A stretch of DNA of 63,011 bases, filler included, from Thraustochytrium aureum (Eukaryota): the NCBI GenBank assembly GCA_012862495.1. It is 4 parts of 2 records of this genome, joined end to end, with 100 filler letters (N's around TTAATTAATTAA, not from the genome) between each part and the next. Parts side by side here need not be neighbours in the genome. Positions count along the whole stretch, not along the records: positions 56,173 to 63,011 come from BLSG01000088.1; 3 more parts are not named here. One strand, written 5' to 3'. Of the stretch, positions 57,637 to 63,011 are shown in pieces. Both the position numbers and the translations under genes were made by a program. How positions within the stretch are numbered: position 1 is the first letter of the stretch; every line of letters begins with the position of its first letter. The notes below the pieces were generated by a model. It searched no databases. It saw only the letters and a program-made list of their open reading frames with translations, and had not been told where the DNA came from.

Positions 57637-57705
57637 AACCTAACCTAACCTAACCCTGCCCTCTAAAAGCGCGGAACAAGCGCCAAGGCGCGCCACACCC
57701 TAACC
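57637..57705. repeat. Short telomere-like (CCTAA)3 tract plus CCCTAAC in the divergent LIG4/CCDC148-like intergenic region
   Basis: AACCTAACCTAACCTAACCCT at 57637-57657 and ACCCTAACC near 57697-57705. Confidence 0.5.
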
Positions 57706-58126
57706 GGCGGCCCCGCTNNNNNNNNNNNNNNNNNNNNNNNNNNNNNNNNNNNNNNNNNNNNNNNNNNNNNNNNNNNNNNNNNNNNNNNNNNNNNNNNNNN
57801 NNNNNNNNNNNNNNNNNNNNNNNNNNNNNNNNNNNNNNNNNNNNNNNNNNNNNNNNNNNNNNNNNNNNNNNNNNNNNNNNNNNNNNNNNNNNNNNNNNNN
57901 NNNNNNNNNNNNNNNNNNNNNNNNNNNNNNNNNNNNNACGAGTTGGAGTTGGGGCCGACGAGGTGTTGAACGCCGAGCGTCCGTCCAAGGACGCGGGACC
58001 GATGGCAAAGTCTAATTGGACGTCGATTTTGCGGCCGTTTTGAAGGTCAACTTCAGGCTGCCGTTCTGGCGCCAGTCGGTTGCCTCGCGACGGCCCAAGG
58101 CGGCAGGCTCCCTTCGCTGCCTTGGG

Positions 58127-60129
58127 ATGCTGGCCTCCGAAAATGCCCTTGACGCTGTCGTCGATGCCGTCGAAAGGGCCAAGCGAGGCGAGGCGCTCCT
58201 GAACAAGCTCGCGGGCGTGCGGAAAGAGCACAAGCAGGCGGCCAAGAGGAAGCGGCACACGCACGACTGGCAGCGCGAGGCCAAGCAGCTCGACGTCCAG
58301 GCCAAGGCGCTCGAAGCCGACGCGGCGAGGCACCTCGCCAGTTTCGGCCTCGCGGCGAGAGCCACCGCGCCACCAAGCACGAGCCGAGCTCGGAATCCCT
58401 CGAAATGTGGCAATCCTACAGGCGATGGCCGCGTGGAGCGCGGGACTCACCAGGACCGACGCAAGACGATTCTCGACGAAGCAAAGCGGGTGCTGGCCAA
58501 GGAAAAGGCCAGCCCTATGTGCTCCCAACAATCACTCAGCCTCCCTCGAACCGCAGAGGAGGAGGGGTGGAGGGCGCTGGTCGCTGAGGCCGAGAGCGCA
58601 AGGGAAGAGCGACAGCTGCTGCGAAGGGAGCTTTTCGCCCAGGTGCTCGGCACGCGCGCCGTCATCGCCGAGACGTTCAAGCCTAGCAAAGTCAACGGCG
58701 CTGCCTGCGCCGGGCCGAATGGCTCCGAGGCGCAGCAAATAGCAGAGCTGCTTCGGGCTGTCCGAGGTGCCGTGGACGCCCTCGGGTCCCAGCTGCACGA
58801 CGAGGCGCTCGAAGCCCTCGAAGACGCGGGCCGCGCCAGACTCGGCGTTGTCCAAGCAATCCGCGAGGCTGAGGCCGAAAGAAAGCTTGAGCAAGAGTGC
58901 CGCCGGGATGGGGCAAAGCTCGGCGCGATCGACTGGGAGGCGCTCGTCACCGGCTACGAAGACTGCGCGCCAGTAGTCGAAGCAGCCGCGCAGGCCAAGC
59001 AGGCGCTCGACGGCCTGGTGGAGAAATACAACAAGCAGCTCGCCGATTTGAGTGCCGCTCGCGCAGGGCTCAAGGCGGAGATGCTCGAGTCGCGCCAGAA
59101 CGGAACCGGGCTGAGCGAGCTGGAGCACGAGATGTTCGTCAAGCTCCATCGGGAATTGGTGCAGCGCGGCCGAGGACTGGGCGCCTTTTTCGATCGCGCG
59201 TGCGCCGAGCTGCCGAGGGTGGGCCGGAATCAGCTTGAAACGCACCTGGGGTGGTTTGACTCGAGCAAGCTGGCCGCACAGCAAAAGCGCGACCTTGTCG
59301 CAGCCCGCGAACGACAGCTCGTCGAGGCAAGGCAAAAGGGCCTCGCGGAACTGCGGGCCGCGTTGCCGAAGCGGACGAAGAGAAAGCAAGGTTTGGCGAG
59401 CGAGAACAGCACGAGCAACACCGCGAGCTCTTGCACCTGCGCCTGGAAGAGCAGCGAAAGATTGCGCAAGCCCGCCTCGAGCAGCTCGAGCAGCAAAGGC
59501 TGGAGCGCGAGCGTCGCGAAGAGGAAGAGCGCGAGCGCCTGGCTGAACTAGCAGAGCTCGAGCGCGCCCACAAGCACGCCGTGGTGGAGCAGCTGCATCG
59601 CAAGCGCGCCTTTGAGAGCGCGCTGGCCAGACTCGAGGAGGAGCAGCTCGCCGCTGCGGAGGAGGCGGAGCGTAGGGAGCGGGCACCTGAAAACTTGCAG
59701 CGCGTCAAGTTTCGCGAGAGCGAGCGGCTCGAGCGCCTCGAAGAAGAGCGCAAGCGCGCCGAGCTTGAGATGGTAAAGGCGGACGAAGCGCGGCGCAACT
59801 TGGACAAGCTCCGCGCTTCCGTGCCATACTACTACAAACTGCAAGACATCACGCCGTCCAAGGATCGTCTCGTGCAGGCCACCTTTTCGTCCGCGGTAGT
59901 CCCGGACGCTGCGTACCACAACTATGCGAAGGAGGGGCTTTTCAAGCGCACCGGGTTTACTGACCAAGAGGTCTGCGGCGATGTGCGGTTCAAGGTCGTC
60001 GCGGCACTTCGCAGCAAGGGGCTGCAGTCCTCGTCCTACGCGCACACGCTGCTTCGCGCCATCGAGGCGCCGCGCCAGCTGAGCAAGAACCTAAACTCCA
60101 CTTTGAGTTTCGGGCCCTCAGGAACGTAG
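58127..60129 (+). CDS. CCDC148: CCDC148-like coiled-coil protein (frameshift near 59360)
   Basis: Long E/R/Q-rich coiled coil, ELPRVGRNQLETHLGW, ENLQRVKFRE, and a C-terminal GFTDQEVCGDVRFKVVAALRSKGLQSSSYAHTLL resembling the CCDC148 family tail. Confidence 0.65.
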
Positions 60130-60896
60130 CAGGTTCCAGCCAGATGTGGGCGTTTTAAATTTTAAATTCAAAGAGCTCGGTAGTTGCCCATTCTTGCGGA
60201 AGTGCATCCGCCTTCCGCGAAAGGATCATTGCCAGCTCGCATGAGTAGTGCCACGCCGTCGAGCTCAGCAACGATCATGCGGGTCTCGATCGCCCTTGAG
60301 ACGTGGAAACGTTGCATGTGATCTGGTTTTTTTTTCGCCGTGCTTTCTCGAGCATCTCGGCAGCACACGACCGGCGACCGCCGAATTCACAGGCCTGCAC
60401 CAGGCAGCGAGCGACATCCATTTCTTTTCTCAATCAAGCAATTGATTGAACAATCTTGGAAAAGAACAAGAACAACAGACGATCGGATGAGGCAGAGTGG
60501 GTCGACGCCAAGCACAGCCGCATCCACCGACAAGTCTCCTCCATGCGCCTCCACCGAGAAATCTCGATGCGCCTCTCGAGGCGCCGCGCCGTCTTGGCCC
60601 TCCCTCGCACAGCGGCTGGGGCGCCCACCAACCGTCGCGCAGCAGCGTGCCACGCCAGCGACCTCCTTCGCCTCGCCCGTTCAAAGCGCGGCGCCTGCTT
60701 GGAGCCGCAGACGGGCAACCCACTGCGAAAGCGGACCCTCCCAGCGCCGAGATGGCCGCGCAGCAGACGCGCAACGCGGCAGACGTGTCGCGCGCGGCGG
60801 GCGAGCGGGCGTGTAGCAGGTCGGCGCACGGCGTTTGCGCCCCTGTCCCTGCCCCGCGCGCCCGTTGCTGGCGCAGGGCGCGGCGCAAGGGACGGG

Positions 60897-62574
60897 ATGG
60901 AATGCGGCAGGATGATGGCGGCCAACCTGGCCGTCTCCGCGGCCGCCAAGGCGCTGATCCGCTCGGCGGGGTTCAGGACGATGCGCGATGTGAGCGAGGT
61001 GAGTCGCGCGCTGGGCTTGCGAGCTGGAGGCTGGCGCGGCGGCGCGCGGCGGGGTCGAACTGACGCGGCCACGGCGCGGTTCGGCGGGCACAGGCTACGC
61101 CAGTGCGGCTCGCGCGCGAGCTAGGGATGGACCCCAAGAAGACTCTGGCCCTTGTGCGAGAGATTGAGCAGGCTGCGCGTGACGAGTACGAGTCGGGCGG
61201 ACACGCCGACAGCGCGCTTCAGGGCTCGGGCTCGGCAGCAGGCCTCGGGCGGTCCGCGCTCGACATGCTCGAGGAAAGCCGGCGCAGCCTCTCGTTCATC
61301 ATTACGCACTGCCAAGAGANNNNNNNNNNNNNNNNNNNNNNNNNNNNNNNNNNNNNNNNNNNNNNNNNNNNNNNNNNNNNNNNNNNNNNNNNNNNNNNNN
61401 NNNNNNNNNNNNNNNNNNNNNNNNNNNNNNNNNNNNNNNNNNNNNNNNNNNNNNNNNNNNNNNNNNNNNNNNNNNNNNNNNNNNNNNNNNNNNNNNNNNN
61501 NNNNNNNNNNNNNNNNNNNNNNNNNNNNNNNNNNNNNNNNNNNNNNNNNNNNNNNNNNNNNNNNNNNNNNNNNNNNNNNNNNNNNNNNNNNNNNNNNNNN
61601 NNNNNNNNNNNNNNNNNNNNNNNNNNNNNNNNNNNNNNNNNNNNNNNNNNNNNNNNNNNNNNNNNNNNNNNNNNNNNNNNNNNNNNNNNNNNNNNTGCAC
61701 GATCCCCGAGGATTTTGGCGGCCTGGGCGGCGAGTGCTTGTACATCGACACAGAGGGGAGCTTTGCCGTCGAGCGCGTGCGAGACATGGCCGACGCCGTT
61801 CTGCGCCACCTGGGCAAGGTGAGTCGATCGGCAGGGGACAGCGCGATCCGTGCAAGACAGGTGGCGGCGATGGCCCAGCTCAGCGGCCTGGAGGCCGTTC
61901 TGAGCCGCATCCACTACTGCCGCGTCCACAACCGGACAGAGCAAGTCGCAGCAGTGCACACGCTGGACCGCGTCCTGGCGGCGCACCCGCGGATCCGACT
62001 GGTGGTCTTGGACTCGGTGGCCTTCCACTTCCGCCAGGACGTTGACGACATGGCGCAGCGCACGCGCCTATTAACGAGCATGGCGCAGCGCTTGAACGAG
62101 TTCGCCGCGCAAGAGCGCGTGGCCGTGGTCGTGACCAACCAGATGACGACGAAAATCACCAGGGAGCGTTGTGCGCCGGAGACTGCGGCGGGGTCGTATT
62201 TCGCGCCTGCGCTCGGCGAATCGTGGTCTCACGCGGTTACGAGCCGGCTCATTGTGCAGCGGTCCAGCGAGACGGTGGTCCAAACGTTGGGGCGCAAGCG
62301 ACCTGCTGAGGCGCCGTCCGCGACAAGCGCGGGCAGCCTCAAAGCTGCGCGCGCAGAGGCGGGCGAGGCTTGGCCAAGCACTCGCCACGGCGATGCTAGT
62401 GCGGCCAGGAGCGACGCGGTGGCGATCCGCGTCTCGACGAGCGTTCGCGAGGTCAGCCTCGTCAAGTCGCCGTATCTAGCCCCGGGAACGGCGCGCTTTA
62501 TCGTCACGAAAAGCGGCGTCCGGGACTGTCCTGCCCCGAGCGCAGAGCCAAGAGCCCGACACAGTGGGCAGTGA
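60897..62574 (+). CDS. RAD51C: RAD51C recombination paralog (exon 1 60897-60998, exon 2 from 61094; Walker A falls in gap 61320-61695)
   Basis: AGFRTMRDVSE|ATPVRLARELGM, SALDMLEE..FIITHCQE, IPEDFGGLGGECLYIDTEGSF, RLVVLDSVAFHFRQD, RTRLLTSMAQRL, VVVTNQMTTKI, PALGESWSHA, LVKSP. Confidence 0.92.
60999..61093 (+). other. Spliceosomal GT-AG intron (95 nt, phase 0)
   Basis: GTGAGT donor, ACTGAC branch-like site at ~61059-61064, CACAG acceptor; joins RAD51C exons in frame. Confidence 0.85.
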
Positions 62575-63011
62575 TGGGCGGTTGGGCAAAACTACGCGCT
62601 GGCCGAAGAGTCCATCGTGCAACAAAATGAACCTGTTCTTTGATAATGAGGTGTCTCGCACAGGGCGAAATTTCCGCGGCGCTGCAGACGAGCCGAGGGC
62701 TCTAGCTCCGGGACGCTTGTGCTTCTTGCGCTCTTTCTTGTGCCGCTTGTGGTCGTCGTCCTTTCGGGAGCGCTTCCGAGAGGGGGACGACTTGCGCCGG
62801 TGCTTGCTATGTTTGCTCTGCTTGCGCCGGGGCTCGGTCTCCTTGTGGTGCCGCTGGCGGCCTCTCGTCGGCGCCCGGTCCGGAAATGGGCGCGATGCGC
62901 TTGCGGGCACCGCCTGGCTGCCTGGCTCGCTGCTGCCATCTGAGCCATCGCTACTCTGCGGGTTGTCGCCCGTCCGCCGGACGCGGCTCCTTGGCGCCCC
63001 GAGGCGCGCGC
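62476..63011 (-). CDS. 3' end of a Lys/Arg/His-rich low-complexity protein entering from beyond the window (true stop may be nearer 62700)
   Basis: The frame is open from the window edge: RRKQSKHSKHRRKSSPSRKRSRKDDDHKRHKKERKKHKR. As assembled it would overlap the RAD51C stop. Confidence 0.45.
   Translation of the reverse strand, partial: ARLGAPRSRVRRTGDNPQSSDGSDGSSEPGSQAVPASASRPFPDRAPTRGRQRHHKETEPRRKQSKHSKHRRKSSPSRKRSRKDDDHKRHKKERKKHKRPGARALGSSAAPRKFRPVRDTSLSKNRFILLHDGLFGQRVVLPNRPSLPTVSGSWLCARGRTVPDAAFRDDKARRSRG

Noticed and set aside
6690..59370. Numerous frameshifts in conserved genes (possible programmed frameshifting, insertional RNA editing or pseudogenes)
   Set aside because: The sites inspected are +1 or -1 changes in short G/C runs in both directions (e.g. 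extra G at ~16041 and ~45835, extra C at ~30960, missing G at ~32500 and ~59360) with no shared motif. This is typical of homopolymer sequencing error in a draft assembly.
56173..62574. LIG4 and RAD51C within 6 kb as a DNA-repair cluster
   Set aside because: They belong to different pathways (NHEJ versus HR) and are separated by an unrelated coiled-coil gene; chance proximity in a gene-dense genome is sufficient.

Overview
GC-rich, gene-dense, intron-poor eukaryotic nuclear DNA from a draft assembly. The gene set and intron style suggest a protist, plausibly a stramenopile such as a labyrinthulomycete; this is inference, not established. The window is four unrelated scaffolds joined by artificial 100-nt N-TTAATTAATTAA-N linkers (26576-26675, 44601-44700, 56073-56172). 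It also has many internal N-gaps and homopolymer-type frameshifts that split real genes into several ORFs. After repairing these, the recognisable genes are: a polycystin-2-like channel, an ankyrin+LRR protein, a giant UBR4/BIG E3 ligase (3'-truncated), a full-size ABCA transporter, prenylcysteine oxidase, a TIR-NACHT-WD40 NLR-like receptor, a Popeye/cNMP-type membrane protein, a GH5 glycolipid/steryl glucosidase, an SDR lacking its catalytic Tyr, IWS1, an intron-containing DGQHR (ParB/DndB-like) protein, an UNC-93-like MFS protein, DNA ligase IV (truncated), a CCDC148-like protein and RAD51C. The two most notable items are (1) the spliced DGQHR-domain gene with NLS-like ends, from a family typical of prokaryotes and giant viruses, and (2) the TIR-NACHT-WD40 receptor, which keeps a putative catalytic TIR glutamate and has a non-WD insert in its sensor region. 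No rRNA, tRNA, CRISPR or transposase was seen.
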